DNA of 64,000 nucleotides from an uncultured bacterium. GTDB lineage: Bacteria; Verrucomicrobiota; Verrucomicrobiia; Verrucomicrobiales; DEV007. The stretch spans positions 1 through 64,000 of the forward strand of contig CAXBMO010000027.1 in assembly GCA_963977015.1 (NCBI GenBank), in the 5' to 3' direction. Position numbers and translations under genes: made by a program. This document shows, in pieces, positions 49,932-61,386 of the stretch. Each line of letters starts with the position of its first letter. The stretch's first letter is position 1. Below the pieces are notes generated by a model. It was given only the letters and a program-made list of their open reading frames with translations, was not told where the DNA came from and did not search any database.

Positions 49932-50834
49932 ATGAAATCCATCCTACAAATAACCCTCCTCAGTCTGGTTGCTGGTTCCATTGCGACCGCCGGCGACGAT
50001 CTGCACCTCGCCTCCTATGATTCCGATTCTCTGGAATCCGTCATGGCGCCTTCCTCCTTGGGAAAAGCCGTTATCGAAAGTAATTACCAGAAGTCTCGCA
50101 ATCTGTTTCTTGAGGCTACCGGTGGCTGGGTCTTTGCAGTTGGCGATGGTGAGCTAACCAGCTCTGTCAACAAGGCACTCGATAAGTCCGCTTTTGGTGG
50201 GAAAGGATATAAGTCATCAGCCGATATTCACGGCCGCTCGATTGATGATATCTATGACACCGGCAATTCTTTCAGCCTTCGCCTTGGTTTAAACCTTGGG
50301 AGCACGTTCTCTACAACCGGCAAGAATCCCATCTACAGTGAAAAGAACAATGGTCGCGTCTTTGTGCGGGTATCCCGCACGGAATTTGACGGTGGTCTCA
50401 CCTCACTTGGGTATATTGACGATTGCACGCTCACCGGTGATTTTCACGACTATCAGGACTGGGGAATTGCCCTTGGCTATGAGCGCGACTTTGGTCAAGG
50501 CCGCCTTCGTCCGTTTGTCGGGTTTGAAGCTGGAATCAAGTTTGTCGATGATATTGACGTAAACTTCATTGCTGAGAAAGGGCATCACGGTAGCACCTAC
50601 AATGATGTAACCCTCTATGATGATTCCGTTGCCCTTGGTTTGCTCTTCTCTTTCGGAATCGATTTCGATGTTACCCAGAGCTTCACGGTGGGAATCGAAA
50701 GTGGTATCGGTTATCAGACCGGGCTTGATGAGGACGATTCCGATCTTGCCGAGTTTGAGATGGAAGAACTGAATGATGCGGAAGGAAACTTCTGGTCCGT
50801 CCCAGTTCTCATCACCGGTCGAATCAATTTCTAA
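49932..50834 (+). CDS. Outer-membrane beta-barrel protein
   Basis: Signal peptide, alternating amphipathic strands (LRPFVGFEAGIKF, LLFSFGIDFDV), terminal Phe (ITGRINF). Confidence 0.78.
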   Translation: MKSILQITLLSLVAGSIATAGDDLHLASYDSDSLESVMAPSSLGKAVIESNYQKSRNLFLEATGGWVFAVGDGELTSSVNKALDKSAFGGKGYKSSADIHGRSIDDIYDTGNSFSLRLGLNLGSTFSTTGKNPIYSEKNNGRVFVRVSRTEFDGGLTSLGYIDDCTLTGDFHDYQDWGIALGYERDFGQGRLRPFVGFEAGIKFVDDIDVNFIAEKGHHGSTYNDVTLYDDSVALGLLFSFGIDFDVTQSFTVGIESGIGYQTGLDEDDSDLAEFEMEELNDAEGNFWSVPVLITGRINF

Positions 50835-50879
50835 ATTCGTTGGTTAAATTAGTGTGTTTGTTTAATTAAGTTCATTCCT

Positions 50880-50918
50880 AAATCGTCGCTCTTGGGTGGG
50901 ACCAAGGGCGACGATTTT
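50880..50918. terminator. Probable bidirectional intrinsic terminator
   Basis: aaatcgtcgctcttgg-gtggga-ccaagggcgacgattt 16 bp stem between convergent genes. Confidence 0.7.
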
Positions 50919-51000
50919 ATGTACGGACATCAAGGCCCGCGACCTCTGGCGATGAGGTGGCTTTCGAAGTGGAACGGACCGGCGATCGCCGATTGCTCGA

Positions 51001-51651
51001 TTACGAGATTTTGTCGGCCACTTTCCTCGCGTGCTCTGCCCGGCGCGAAATCTCGTCCCAATTTTGCTCTGCGATCAGATCTTTCGGGGCGAGCCATGAA
51101 CCTCCGACCGCCGTGACGAGTGGGGAAGAGAGATATTCTTGCAGGTTGTCAGGATTCACGCCGCCGAGCGGGATAAACCCCATTCCCAGGTGTTGATACG
51201 GTGCCGCAATGTTGTGGAGGTGCTTGAGACCTCCGGCTGATTCGGCTGGGAAAAATTTCAGGAGCCGGCATCCGAGCGTGATGCTCTGGTCGATGTCGGT
51301 CGGAGTCATGACGCCAGTCGTAAACGGCAACCCGTTGTGCTTGGCATGCATCACCACTTCAGCATTGACGCCGGGCGCAACCCCAAAATGGGCCCCTGTA
51401 TCTTTCACCTGTCCGACTTGCCGGGGATTGATGATGGTTCCGACACCGGCCAGGATCTGGGGAACTTCGTGTCGAATGCGATAAAGCGCAGCAAGGGCAG
51501 CGTCCGTCCTCAGCGTCAATTCGATCGCGTCCACGCCTCCGTTGAGCAGCGCTCGCACGGTAGGGACGGCATCCTCCTCACGCTCTATCATCAGTACGGC
51601 GATGATGCCGCTCTTGGCAATCCGTTTGCCTATGTCAGATTCGGGAGTCAT
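51001..51651 (-). CDS. eda: KDPG/KHG aldolase
   Basis: [43 protein letters not shown] at 51651. Confidence 0.94.
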   Translation of the reverse strand: MTPESDIGKRIAKSGIIAVLMIEREEDAVPTVRALLNGGVDAIELTLRTDAALAALYRIRHEVPQILAGVGTIINPRQVGQVKDTGAHFGVAPGVNAEVVMHAKHNGLPFTTGVMTPTDIDQSITLGCRLLKFFPAESAGGLKHLHNIAAPYQHLGMGFIPLGGVNPDNLQEYLSSPLVTAVGGSWLAPKDLIAEQNWDEISRRAEHARKVADKIS

Positions 51652-51715
51652 GCGCGAAATTACGTTCGCAGAAACAAATTGCAACGTCGTGCACGGACGC
51701 TTTCGTTGTCTGGAA

Positions 51716-52465
51716 ATGGCAAAGCTACATTTACGCTCTTGGATTTCGGCTAGACTCAGCGTTTTAACGGCATCTCTCTTGGTTCTCCCGGCGGTCGGCC
51801 AGGATGCTCCCAAACCCAAGCCTGCCCGAAAACCGAATCCTGCGTTTGCCCAAATTACGGATATCGAAGGGCTGCCAAGAGTTCTCCTCATCGGAGATTC
51901 CATTTCCATTGGCTACACGGTACCGACCCGGGAAGCGTTGCAGGGAGTTGCCAACGTGCATCGTCCTGCGGCGAATTGCGGTCCAACGACTCGGGGGCTT
52001 GAGGCTATCGAATCCTGGCTGGGAACCGGGAAATGGGACGTGATTCACTTCAACTGGGGGCTTCACGACCTCAAATACATGGGGCCGAATGGGAAAAATC
52101 TTGCGGATCCCGAAGATTCCTCGAGCGGGCAACAAGTTCCCCCGGCCGAGTATGGTGCCAATCTGGAAAAACTGGTGGAGCGGCTGAAACAAACGGAAGC
52201 AACGCTCATCTGGCGGAATACAACTCCGGTTCCGGAAGGGGCCGCCGGGCGCGTTGTCGGCGATGCCGCGAAATACAACGAGATTGCCGCTAAAATCATG
52301 GAAAAGCATGGCGTTCAAATCGACGACATGTTTGCGCTCGTGAAACCGCAGATCGGCGAGATCATGCGTCCGGCTAACGTTCACTTCACACCGGAAGGTT
52401 CTCAATTGCTCGGAAAGCATGTTGCCGGGGTGATTCAGGCTGCGCTCGAGAGCAAATCGGAGTAA
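51716..52465 (+). CDS. SGNH/GDSL hydrolase, exported
   Basis: Signal-like N-terminus, [18 protein letters not shown]. Confidence 0.9.
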   Translation: MAKLHLRSWISARLSVLTASLLVLPAVGQDAPKPKPARKPNPAFAQITDIEGLPRVLLIGDSISIGYTVPTREALQGVANVHRPAANCGPTTRGLEAIESWLGTGKWDVIHFNWGLHDLKYMGPNGKNLADPEDSSSGQQVPPAEYGANLEKLVERLKQTEATLIWRNTTPVPEGAAGRVVGDAAKYNEIAAKIMEKHGVQIDDMFALVKPQIGEIMRPANVHFTPEGSQLLGKHVAGVIQAALESKSE

Positions 52466-52495
52466 GATTCGAAACGGGAATCAGTCACAGTCTCA

Positions 52496-53497
52496 GTGGA
52501 AGATCATTACGGACATCGCATCAGCTACCTGCGCATCTCGGTCACCGACCGGTGCAATGAGCGCTGTACGTATTGCATGCCGGATGAGGAGCAAACCTGG
52601 CTGGAACGGACCGAGATCCTGACTGAGGAAGAAATTTTGAGGGTGGTTCACGCGGGAGTCAGCCTTGGAATCTCCAAAATCCGGGTGACGGGCGGGGAGC
52701 CTCTGACCCGGCCGGGAGTGGTCGATTTGATGGGTAAATTGGGAGCCATTCCCCAGATTCAGAACTTGGGATTTTCAACCAACGGAACGTTGTTAAGCCG
52801 GAAATTGAAGTCTGGCGTCACCAACGCTCAAGGCCTTTATGATGCCGGGGTCAGGGCTTTGAATCTGTCGCTCGATAGTCTTGATCCCGAGGTTTATCGC
52901 GAATCCACCAGTCGCGACCTGCTGCCTCAATTTCTCGAGGGGCTTGAGGCTGCTCAGGAAGCCGGATTCGAGAACATTCGACTCAATTGCGTGCTGATGC
53001 GCAATCGCAATGAGCATGAACTGTGGAGTCTGGTGGAGTTCGCGGCGGAGCGGGGATGCCTGATCCGTTTCGTCGAGTTGATGCCTGTCAGCAGTCGTGA
53101 AGTTTTGACCGAGGAGAACTTCCTTCCGGCGATTGAGGCAAGGCGCATCATCGAATTTCGACACGGCGAGTTGAAACCACTTCCCGACTATCGAACAAAC
53201 GGCCCCGCGAGTTATTTCGAACTGGAGTCCGGTCAAAAAATCGGATTTATCAGCGCGATGACGAATCTGCATTTTTGCGAAAATTGCGACAAGCTCCGTC
53301 TCACCGCAGAAGGGAAGCTTCGTCCCTGCTTGGGGAGTCACCTTGAATTCGACATGCGCAAGGTTCTTCGTGATTCCTCAACAACCGATGCGGATTTGCA
53401 GCAGTTTTTCCGTGATGTCGTCGATCGAAAGCCGAAAGAACACGATTTTCGCGAGAATTATCAGCCGCAGCGCCGGATGATTGCCATCGGCGGCTAG
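52496..53497 (+). CDS. moaA: GTP 3',8-cyclase (Moco biosynthesis)
   Basis: YLRISVTDRCNERCTYC, TGGEP, FCENCDKLRLTAEGKLRPC, C-terminal IGG. Confidence 0.96.
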   Translation: MEDHYGHRISYLRISVTDRCNERCTYCMPDEEQTWLERTEILTEEEILRVVHAGVSLGISKIRVTGGEPLTRPGVVDLMGKLGAIPQIQNLGFSTNGTLLSRKLKSGVTNAQGLYDAGVRALNLSLDSLDPEVYRESTSRDLLPQFLEGLEAAQEAGFENIRLNCVLMRNRNEHELWSLVEFAAERGCLIRFVELMPVSSREVLTEENFLPAIEARRIIEFRHGELKPLPDYRTNGPASYFELESGQKIGFISAMTNLHFCENCDKLRLTAEGKLRPCLGSHLEFDMRKVLRDSSTTDADLQQFFRDVVDRKPKEHDFRENYQPQRRMIAIGG

Positions 53498-53571
53498 TCG
53501 AAAAAGTTCGGGCGAAAACGTGCAGAATCACTAGTTGATTTCTGCTAATTATAAATTTTATTTAAATTTAT

Positions 53572-56220
53572 ATGTTTGCGTCGCTTTTGGAACTCCTCCG
53601 TCGCCTCGATGTCCGCCTCACGTTGGGCGTCGCTCTGGTCGGCCTGGTGACACTGATTGTCTTGGTATCATCAAACTCAAACCGTGCGATCGAACAGGCT
53701 GAGGCCTCGCAACGCGCGTTTGCAAAACCGGTTTTAGTGAATCTGGAGCCTCGTATCCAGAGCGCGATCGCAGAAGTGGAGACCGTGCTTCACGAGGCGA
53801 TGGCGCATCCCTTGGTTGCCAGTGCCGAACTTCCGGGGGAATCGCGGAGTGCGGTCTTGCGGGGCAAACGCGATCAGCATCCCTTGATTGATGCGTTGGA
53901 AATTCACCGGAAAGGTGCTGTCGTCGCATCGACGAAGGTGGAGGAAAAGGTTCCGGTGGAGGCTTCGTTATTGGAGCGTGTTGGCAGCGAGAAACTACGG
54001 ATCGAGGCGGGAGAGTCGAAGTGGTCGATCTTTATTGCCTTTCCGTTTCGCGAAGATGTCGACAATGAAGAATGGATGGTCGCCCATGTGCCGACTGTTG
54101 AAATCGCGGCGATTTTGAAAGCGACCGGATCGAAAAATCTGGCGTTGTTGGACGGGCGAGGCCGAATTCTGGCACATACGGAGGAGGCGAAGGTTGGGCA
54201 ACGACTCGTTCGTTCGGAGGCTGGATTGACCGATCCCGAGGGAACAAAATTTCATGTGGTGGAGAAGAATCTGGATTTTGCCGCTGAAATGGTCGGCGAC
54301 GTTTGGAGGGTGGCGTTCCTTTTCCCCGAGAACATGGCTGTCCAGTTGTCCGGAAGTTCAGCAGGAACGCAGTTCGCCATGGGGTTGTTGGTTTTGGTTC
54401 TGGGATCAGGTGTGCTGTTCTATTTGTCGATGCGCCATGGTCGACAGCTCGATTCAATCACCGAGTTTGCGAAGCGTTTGGAAGCGGGAGATTTCGACGA
54501 ACGCTTGCCCGAGCAAACGAGCGTTGAATTGGGGCGATTGGCCAAACGGATGAACGCGTTGGCGAAACGGCTCCACTCGTATAAATCGGAAACCGACCAG
54601 GAAGTCGCGAACCACGCCAAACGCCTGAAAGAGCTGGATCGTTGGACACAGGGGCTGAATGCTCAAGTGCTTGCGACGAACGATACCAGCCGTGAAGGGA
54701 TGCTTTTCATCACGCCCGATGGCTCGAAGGTGGTTGGGCACAACTCCAGCTTGTTGGAGCTGTGCGGCATGACCAAGGAAGATATGGAGTCGATGGAGGC
54801 TGAGCAGTTGCCTCAGCGTCTGGCGTGGATGTTCCAGGAAACAGAGGAGTTTCTTCGCTGGTGGAAGCAGTGCTTCGTGACGCCGGAAGAGGTGGCGCCA
54901 AAGAGTTGGAAGCTGCGCCAGCCTGAAGATGGAGAAGCGGAAGTCCGGGTGACGCCGGTCAAGGCGGATGAGAAGTTGCTCGCGCTGCTTTGGCGTTTCG
55001 AGGACCGAACGGAGGAAGTTCGCATTGCGCGTAAAGCCGAGAGCGTGGAGAAGGCTGAGTTGATTGGTAACCTGGCCAGCGGCATTGGTCATGAGTTCAA
55101 CCGGATTCTAACCGGTGTTGTCGCCAATTTGGCGGAGGTTGACGGATCGATTTCCGAGGAACTCTGGACGACCGTGGTTGAGGAGGCGAAGGCTTCCGCC
55201 AACCAGGCTGCAACCATGTCTCGCGGCCTGCTCGGTTACTCCAAGGCCAATCTCCTCGATGTGAAGGTGAACAATGTTCACAATCTGGTTCGCTGGGTAA
55301 AAGGTCAGATCAGCCCGAATTTGCCGCCAGAGATCGAGCTCAAAATCGAGCTTCCCGAGAACAACTGCCATGTGTCCGGCGATCGAGAGAAAATGCGTAC
55401 CGTTCTTTTTGAACTTTGCGAAAACGCGATCGCGGCAATGAAGGGTGGTGGCGTGCTGACGATTGGGGCCGAATCCTTTGAAGTGGGCGGCGATGACCTG
55501 GCTCCCGACGATCTGGAAGCGGGCAACTATGTCTGTTTTGTCGTCAAGGACACGGGGCACGGAATCCCGGATGCGATTCGCGGAAGAATTTTTGAGCCCT
55601 TCTTTACGACGAATCCCGAAGGCAGCGGCCTGGGGCTTTCCTCAACTTCCGGAATTGTCTGGCAACACGGCGGTTGGATTGCGTGCGAAAGCGAGGAAGG
55701 GCAGGGCACGACGATGCGGGTCTATCTGCCGTCTTCGGAACTGCCTGTCCCGGTGGTGGTCGAGACCGGTGACGAATCGGTGGAAGCCAAGCAGGTCACC
55801 TCACTGAAGAGCGAGGCTCCGGATACGCCAATCGCCGGAGACTTTGTCCTCGTGATTGATGACGAAGACATGGTGAGACGGCTCACGCAGGCGATTCTGA
55901 AGCGTGGCGGCTACGAGTCGGTCGGTGCGCGCAGCGGCCGCGAGGCGCTGGAGATTTGCCATGAGCATCAGGATCGGATTTCGCTGATTGTTCTTGATCT
56001 GAACATGCCGGAAATGAGCGGTCGCGAGTTTTTCGACATTCTTCGCCGCGAGATCGGTGATGTGCCGGTCATCGTCGTCAGCGGATACCTGATGGACTTC
56101 GACGCCTTTGCGATGAGCCCGGAATCAGGCACGCCTCCGTCTGGTTTTGTGCAGAAGCCCTATCAAGCGGACCGCTTTTTGACCGAGGTTGGCGGAATTT
56201 TGCAACGGAAGGCTGCGTAA
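53572..56220 (+). CDS. Hybrid sensor histidine kinase (periplasmic Cache-like, HAMP, PAS-like, HisKA, HATPase, REC)
   Basis: Two TMs, ELGRLAKRMN, GIGHEFN (H-box), DTGHGI, FEPFFTT, GSGLGL, REC IDDE..LDLNMP..KPY. Confidence 0.92.
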   Translation: MFASLLELLRRLDVRLTLGVALVGLVTLIVLVSSNSNRAIEQAEASQRAFAKPVLVNLEPRIQSAIAEVETVLHEAMAHPLVASAELPGESRSAVLRGKRDQHPLIDALEIHRKGAVVASTKVEEKVPVEASLLERVGSEKLRIEAGESKWSIFIAFPFREDVDNEEWMVAHVPTVEIAAILKATGSKNLALLDGRGRILAHTEEAKVGQRLVRSEAGLTDPEGTKFHVVEKNLDFAAEMVGDVWRVAFLFPENMAVQLSGSSAGTQFAMGLLVLVLGSGVLFYLSMRHGRQLDSITEFAKRLEAGDFDERLPEQTSVELGRLAKRMNALAKRLHSYKSETDQEVANHAKRLKELDRWTQGLNAQVLATNDTSREGMLFITPDGSKVVGHNSSLLELCGMTKEDMESMEAEQLPQRLAWMFQETEEFLRWWKQCFVTPEEVAPKSWKLRQPEDGEAEVRVTPVKADEKLLALLWRFEDRTEEVRIARKAESVEKAELIGNLASGIGHEFNRILTGVVANLAEVDGSISEELWTTVVEEAKASANQAATMSRGLLGYSKANLLDVKVNNVHNLVRWVKGQISPNLPPEIELKIELPENNCHVSGDREKMRTVLFELCENAIAAMKGGGVLTIGAESFEVGGDDLAPDDLEAGNYVCFVVKDTGHGIPDAIRGRIFEPFFTTNPEGSGLGLSSTSGIVWQHGGWIACESEEGQGTTMRVYLPSSELPVPVVVETGDESVEAKQVTSLKSEAPDTPIAGDFVLVIDDEDMVRRLTQAILKRGGYESVGARSGREALEICHEHQDRISLIVLDLNMPEMSGREFFDILRREIGDVPVIVVSGYLMDFDAFAMSPESGTPPSGFVQKPYQADRFLTEVGGILQRKAA

Positions 56221-56266
56221 GACCGAAAAAGAGGTCGCACCTTGGGTTTCCAGCCTATCATTGTGC

Positions 56267-56641
56267 ATGGTGGATTTTCCCAAGCTCGGTCGCAGCTTTC
56301 GTTTTGCCTTCGCCGGACTTCGTTACGTTGTCCGCACCGAGCAAAACATGCGGATTCACTTGGTGATTTCCGCGATCGTGTTGGTGGCGGGATGGTACTT
56401 TCAGATTTCCCATTTGGAATGGATCGCAGTCGTTCTTTGCATGGGGGCAGTGATTGGCGCTGAGACCGTGAACTCCGCAATCGAGCGATTGGCGGACCGG
56501 GTTACCGAAAGTGAGGATACGCTGATTCGGATCGCCAAAGATGCGGCCGCAGGAGGTGTTCTGGCCCTTGCTGTCGCTTCGTTCGTCATTGGCGCGATCA
56601 TCTTTTTGCCCCGGATTCTCGAACTCGTGCGTTCGTTCTAG
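56267..56641 (+). CDS. dgkA: Diacylglycerol/undecaprenol kinase family protein
   Basis: SFRFAFAGL..EQNMRIH, AETVNSAIERLAD, IAKDAAAGGV. Confidence 0.9.
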   Translation: MVDFPKLGRSFRFAFAGLRYVVRTEQNMRIHLVISAIVLVAGWYFQISHLEWIAVVLCMGAVIGAETVNSAIERLADRVTESEDTLIRIAKDAAAGGVLALAVASFVIGAIIFLPRILELVRSF

Positions 56642-56651
56642 GAGAAGAGAA

Positions 56652-58076
56652 TCAAGCGAGCACGCCCTTCACGACATGGGCTTCTTCCACGCCGGTCAAT
56701 CTGGCGTCGAGGCCCTGGTGACGAACGCTGAGCCGTTCGTGATCGATGCCCAGCAAATGGAGAATCGTGGCGTTTAAGTCGCGAATGTGAACCGGGTTTT
56801 CGACGATGTTGTAGGAAAAATCGTCTGTTTCGCCGTAGACGGTTCCGGGTTTGATTCCCCCACCGGCCATCCACATGCTGAAACACCGCGGATGATGGTC
56901 GCGACCGTAGTTGTCCTGGCTCAGTTTTCCCTGACAATAGATGGTTCGTCCGAATTCGCCGCCCCAGATCACCAACGTGTCGTCCAGCAAACCCCGCCGT
57001 TTCAAGTCCTGAACCAGGGCATAAGCCGGCTGATCCACATCCCGGCACTGCCGCGGAAGGTCACCCGTCAGGTTGCCGTGCTGATCCCAGCCGCGATGAA
57101 AAATCTGGGTGAAGCGAACGCCGCGTTCCGCCATGCGGCGGGCCAGCAGGCAATTGTAAGCAAAGGTTCCCGGCTCGTTCACATCCGGACCATACATATC
57201 CAGGGTTTCCTCGGATTCACCGGCGGTGTCCACCAACTCGGGAACGGAGGATTGCATCCGAAAGGCCATTTCGTACTGCGCGATCCGAGCCTGCGTTTCA
57301 GGATCTCCGAGCCTCTCAAACTGCTTTTGATTCAGCGCGTTCAATCCATCGAGCATGGTGCGTCGAACGCTGGGATCAACGCCGGACGGATTGGAAAGAT
57401 ACAGGACGGGATCGCCCTGGGAGCGCAGCGCGACTCCCTGGTGCTTCGAAGGCAGAAATCCGCTGCCCCAAAGGCGCGAGAACAGGGCCTGGGCATCGCG
57501 TTTCGCTGACCATTTGCTGTTCAGAACGACAAACGAAGGCAGGTTTTCATTCTCGCTCCCAAGGCCGTAGCTGAGCCATGCGCCGAGGCTGGGCTTTCCG
57601 GGGATTTGATCGCCGGTTTGGATGTAGGTGATCGCAGGATCATGGTTAATCGCCTCCGTGTACATGGTTTTGACCACGGCGATGTCGTCCGTCATTTTGG
57701 CCATGTTCGGGAGCAACTCGCTCACCCAGGTTCCCGAGTTTCCATGTTGCTTGAAGTCGTAAATGGTCGGCGCCACCGGGAAACGTTTCTGCTTTGACGT
57801 CATGCCGGTGAGTCGCTGGCCCTGACGAATGGAATCCGGCAAATCCTTGTCGAACCACTTCTGCATTTCCGGCTTGTGATCCCAGAGATCCAATTGTGAT
57901 GGCGCCCCTGACATGAACAGATAAATGGCGCGCTTTGCCTTGGGGAAAAGGTCGCTCAATCCCACCGCATTTTGGCCGAGCAGCGAACCGAGGGCGGCGA
58001 TACCCAGACCGCGGGCGCCTTGTCCAAAGAATTGCCGGCGGGTCTCCAGCGTCTGGTAGTCGGTGAACGGATTCAT
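56652..58076 (-). CDS. DUF1501 family protein, Tat-exported
   Basis: TRRQFF twin-arginine, [45 protein letters not shown] at 58076. Confidence 0.93.
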   Translation of the reverse strand: MNPFTDYQTLETRRQFFGQGARGLGIAALGSLLGQNAVGLSDLFPKAKRAIYLFMSGAPSQLDLWDHKPEMQKWFDKDLPDSIRQGQRLTGMTSKQKRFPVAPTIYDFKQHGNSGTWVSELLPNMAKMTDDIAVVKTMYTEAINHDPAITYIQTGDQIPGKPSLGAWLSYGLGSENENLPSFVVLNSKWSAKRDAQALFSRLWGSGFLPSKHQGVALRSQGDPVLYLSNPSGVDPSVRRTMLDGLNALNQKQFERLGDPETQARIAQYEMAFRMQSSVPELVDTAGESEETLDMYGPDVNEPGTFAYNCLLARRMAERGVRFTQIFHRGWDQHGNLTGDLPRQCRDVDQPAYALVQDLKRRGLLDDTLVIWGGEFGRTIYCQGKLSQDNYGRDHHPRCFSMWMAGGGIKPGTVYGETDDFSYNIVENPVHIRDLNATILHLLGIDHERLSVRHQGLDARLTGVEEAHVVKGVLA

Positions 58077-58083
58077 GGTCAGT

Positions 58084-61000
58084 CTAGTGCTTGGTAACGG
58101 CTTCGTCGAGGTTGAGGAGCTGGTTCGCAACCATGGTCAGTGAGGCGAGTCCAACCGGATTGCTCAGGTTCGAGTTGGGCTTATCACCTTCAGTTAACAG
58201 CTGTTTCGCTTCCTCGGGAGAATTCCGATAGTGTTCTCGGAAAATGCGCAGCGAGTTCGCCGCGATGGAGTACTCGTCAGGGGCAAATTCGCGTCCCAGC
58301 ACATGCATGGCGATCGCTTGAACCGGGTCTTCCAACTGGAGGCAGCGCTCGGCAAGATGGCGGGCCGCTTCGACGAACTGCACGTCATTCATCAAAACCA
58401 GCGCCTGCAGTGGCGTGTTGGTTCGTTCGCGATTGACAATACAGCTCTCGCGATTCGGCGCATCAAATGCGGTCATGTTCGGAGGCGGAGCGGTGCGTTT
58501 CCAAAAGGTGTAGATGCTTCGGCGATAAAGGGCCTCGTTGTAGTGGCGAAAGAATTTTACCGTATTGCTGTTCTCGTAGCCGACCGATTGCCACAACCCG
58601 CCGGGCTGATAGGGCCGAACGCCCGGTCCGCCGATTTTCTCGACCAGCAAGCCACTCGCAAACAGAGCCTGGTCCCGAATCATTTCCGCGTCCATGCGGA
58701 ATCGCGGTCCACGGGCGTAGTAGCGGTTTTCGGGATCCTTCCTCCAATTCCGGGAGTCAATCTTCGATCCGCGGCGATACGCTTGTGACATCACGATTTG
58801 TTTCACGAGCCGTTTCACATCCCAACCGTTCTCGACAAAATCGACCGCCAACCAATTGAGCAGTTCGGGGTGAGTCGGGACCGATCCCTGAGTTCCAAAG
58901 TCGTCGGCCGTCTCGACCAACCCTGCTCCGAAAAATTCCTGCCAGATCCGATTCACGGTAACGCGCGCCGTAAGCGGATTCTCGGGATCGACAATCCATT
59001 GGGCGAGTCCAAGACGGTTCATTGGAGCGTCGTTGCTCAATTTGGGCAATGCTGCCGGGACTCCCGGTTGGACGATTTCTCCGGTCGGATGATCATACTC
59101 GCCGCGATCCAGAATCGGTGCTGATGGTGTTCCAGGTTTGTCCGCCATCACGTGAGTAATGGGAGTGCTGCGCTGAATCTGGTTCAGCTGCATTTGGGCC
59201 TCGGATTGTTGGGCGTAGAGTTTGCGGGTGGGTTCGTGATGAGCCTGGTGAAAGTGATCGAGCAACTCCTGGGCAGGCTTTTCTTCCATCTTCCCGGAGA
59301 GCATTCCTGGGATCTTGGAAAGCGAGTTCAGCCCTTTGATTTCGTCAGCCGTCAACGCGTCGTAGAACTCCAGTTTCTTCAGCATCTCGCCATCTGCCAG
59401 AATCTTGAGGGGCGCATCGTTGGCGAAGTCTCCGGCCAGCGTGTCGATCTCCAAATAGGGAAACCGTTCCCGGCCCATCTTGCGCGCTCCGGAGTAGGCA
59501 ACGACGCCTTCGGATCTTCCTGATCCGTCGTAGACCCAACTCAATGACGCCCGGCTACCGGGACGCAGGTGCTTGATGAGGTGGGCTTGAAGCATTCCGC
59601 CTTCGCCGTCAAAAAACGTCAATTCAACGCCTTCCTCAAACAGGTCGAGAACCATTCGGAACCCTCGTCCGTTTTCGTCAAGCTGTTCGCAAAGTGGATA
59701 GCGTCCCAGTTTGTCTGGGGCGGCGACCTCCGCAAAAATCGTCATGGGCTGATCCTTCCCGAAGTTGACGGAGAAATCAGCAGCACCGCGATTCTGATGG
59801 CCTCGCAAGTGACCAACGGTGGCGTTTTTGGATTCTCGCCATGCCTGGAAAGCCGGCGCAGCGTCCTTCTTCGCGGCTTTCAATTGACGCCCAATTTCGC
59901 CGAGCTTGGCCTTGGTGACGGTCTCCTGCTCTTTGGTTTCCGCGTCAGGATAAACGCGGATGATGGGCGGCGTGTCCGGTTGGTTGCCGTCCATTCCGGG
60001 TTGCGTCGTGTGATTGAAATACGCGAAAAGCTGAAAGTATTCCGTTTGGCTGATCGGATCAAATTTGTGGTCATGGCATTGCGCGCATCCAGTCGTCAGT
60101 CCGAGCCAAACCGAAGACGTGGTGTTGACGCGATCCACCGCATACCGAACCAGGAATTCCTCCGCGATCGCTCCGCCTTCCGAGGTTGTCACATTACAGC
60201 GGTTAAACCCCGTCGCGACCAGTTGCGACTGCGTCGGCTCAGGCAACAGGTCGCCCGCCAGTTGTTCGATCGTGAACTGATCAAAGGGCTGATTTGCATT
60301 GTAAGCCTGAATCACCCAGTCGCGATAGGGCCACATTTCGCGATAGTTGTCGAGGTGGAGACCATGAGTGTCGGCATAGCGGGCCGCATCCAGCCAATAA
60401 CGGGCGCGGTGTTCGCCATAACGCGGCGAACTCAGCAAGCGGTCCACCAGTTTCTCGTAGGCATTGGGGGATTGATCGGCAACGAAAGTCGCGACTTCGG
60501 TGGGAGTTGGAGGGAGCCCAGTCAAATCCAGCGTGACGCGGCGAATCAGCGTTTGACGATCGGCTTCCGGTTCCGGAGTGAGGCGCCGAACCTTCAATTC
60601 GGCATCGACAAAGTGATCAATTCCCGATCCTTCGGCCTTCGCGGGTTTGATGAATGCCCAGTGCTCCTGCCAGGGCGCGCCTTCCGCAATCCAGCGCTTG
60701 ATCAGCACAATCTCCTGTGGGTTGAGCGTTTTGTGAGACTTGGGCGGAGGCATCAACTCACTCGTGTCATCGGTCTCCAACCGAAAGACCAGCTCGCTTT
60801 CATCCGGATTCCCCGGCACGATGGCGAATTCCTTGGCGTCAGCCTCCCGGTCCAGGCGCAGGTCACCCTTCCGGCTTGCCGAATCCGGCCCGTGACAGCT
60901 GAAGCAGTTGTCGCTCAAGATCGGGCGAATGTGTTTGTTGAACTGAATCTCTTCAACGTGCACCGGTGTGTCGTAGGGCGGAACCGGATGAGAAAGCAGC

Positions 61001-61386
61001 GAGGCCATCTCCGTGTTGTAAGTCGCCAATTTGGAGTTGGAATCCGTGGGCGAAGGTGGGCGTGCTGCGATTACGACCTCATCGTCGTCGGAGGTGACGG
61101 TGAAAGCTGCCACCGCGATTGCGGCAATTGCGGCTGCCGCGCCGAAGCCTCGAACGAGGTTCGATTCATACCATCGTGGTGTGGCCGGAGGAACTTCGCG
61201 GGGAAAGTCGCCCGCCATTTCTTTGAGCGAGTCCTGGTCGAACTCCAACATCGCGTGAAGCTGGCAAAACTCGGCGTAGCTCTTCCGAAGCTCACCATCG
61301 TGTTCCAACTGATGAAACAATTCGGCCTGCTCCTCGGGGGAGAGTTGACCGTCCAGCATCTTGGAAAATTTCAAGTCCTGGCTCAT
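58084..61386 (-). CDS. Anti-sigma-like N-terminus + TM + planctomycete cytochrome c (PSCyt1)/DUF1549/DUF1553 (PSD1) protein
   Basis: [79 protein letters not shown] overlap with the sigma gene. Confidence 0.9.
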   Translation of the reverse strand: MSQDLKFSKMLDGQLSPEEQAELFHQLEHDGELRKSYAEFCQLHAMLEFDQDSLKEMAGDFPREVPPATPRWYESNLVRGFGAAAAIAAIAVAAFTVTSDDDEVVIAARPPSPTDSNSKLATYNTEMASLLSHPVPPYDTPVHVEEIQFNKHIRPILSDNCFSCHGPDSASRKGDLRLDREADAKEFAIVPGNPDESELVFRLETDDTSELMPPPKSHKTLNPQEIVLIKRWIAEGAPWQEHWAFIKPAKAEGSGIDHFVDAELKVRRLTPEPEADRQTLIRRVTLDLTGLPPTPTEVATFVADQSPNAYEKLVDRLLSSPRYGEHRARYWLDAARYADTHGLHLDNYREMWPYRDWVIQAYNANQPFDQFTIEQLAGDLLPEPTQSQLVATGFNRCNVTTSEGGAIAEEFLVRYAVDRVNTTSSVWLGLTTGCAQCHDHKFDPISQTEYFQLFAYFNHTTQPGMDGNQPDTPPIIRVYPDAETKEQETVTKAKLGEIGRQLKAAKKDAAPAFQAWRESKNATVGHLRGHQNRGAADFSVNFGKDQPMTIFAEVAAPDKLGRYPLCEQLDENGRGFRMVLDLFEEGVELTFFDGEGGMLQAHLIKHLRPGSRASLSWVYDGSGRSEGVVAYSGARKMGRERFPYLEIDTLAGDFANDAPLKILADGEMLKKLEFYDALTADEIKGLNSLSKIPGMLSGKMEEKPAQELLDHFHQAHHEPTRKLYAQQSEAQMQLNQIQRSTPITHVMADKPGTPSAPILDRGEYDHPTGEIVQPGVPAALPKLSNDAPMNRLGLAQWIVDPENPLTARVTVNRIWQEFFGAGLVETADDFGTQGSVPTHPELLNWLAVDFVENGWDVKRLVKQIVMSQAYRRGSKIDSRNWRKDPENRYYARGPRFRMDAEMIRDQALFASGLLVEKIGGPGVRPYQPGGLWQSVGYENSNTVKFFRHYNEALYRRSIYTFWKRTAPPPNMTAFDAPNRESCIVNRERTNTPLQALVLMNDVQFVEAARHLAERCLQLEDPVQAIAMHVLGREFAPDEYSIAANSLRIFREHYRNSPEEAKQLLTEGDKPNSNLSNPVGLASLTMVANQLLNLDEAVTKH

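Noticed and set aside
51652-51909. Long N-terminal extensions of eda and the SGNH ORF in the ORF track
   Set aside because: They would overlap head-to-head. Starts at 51651 and 51716 give normal lengths and a 64 bp divergent gap.
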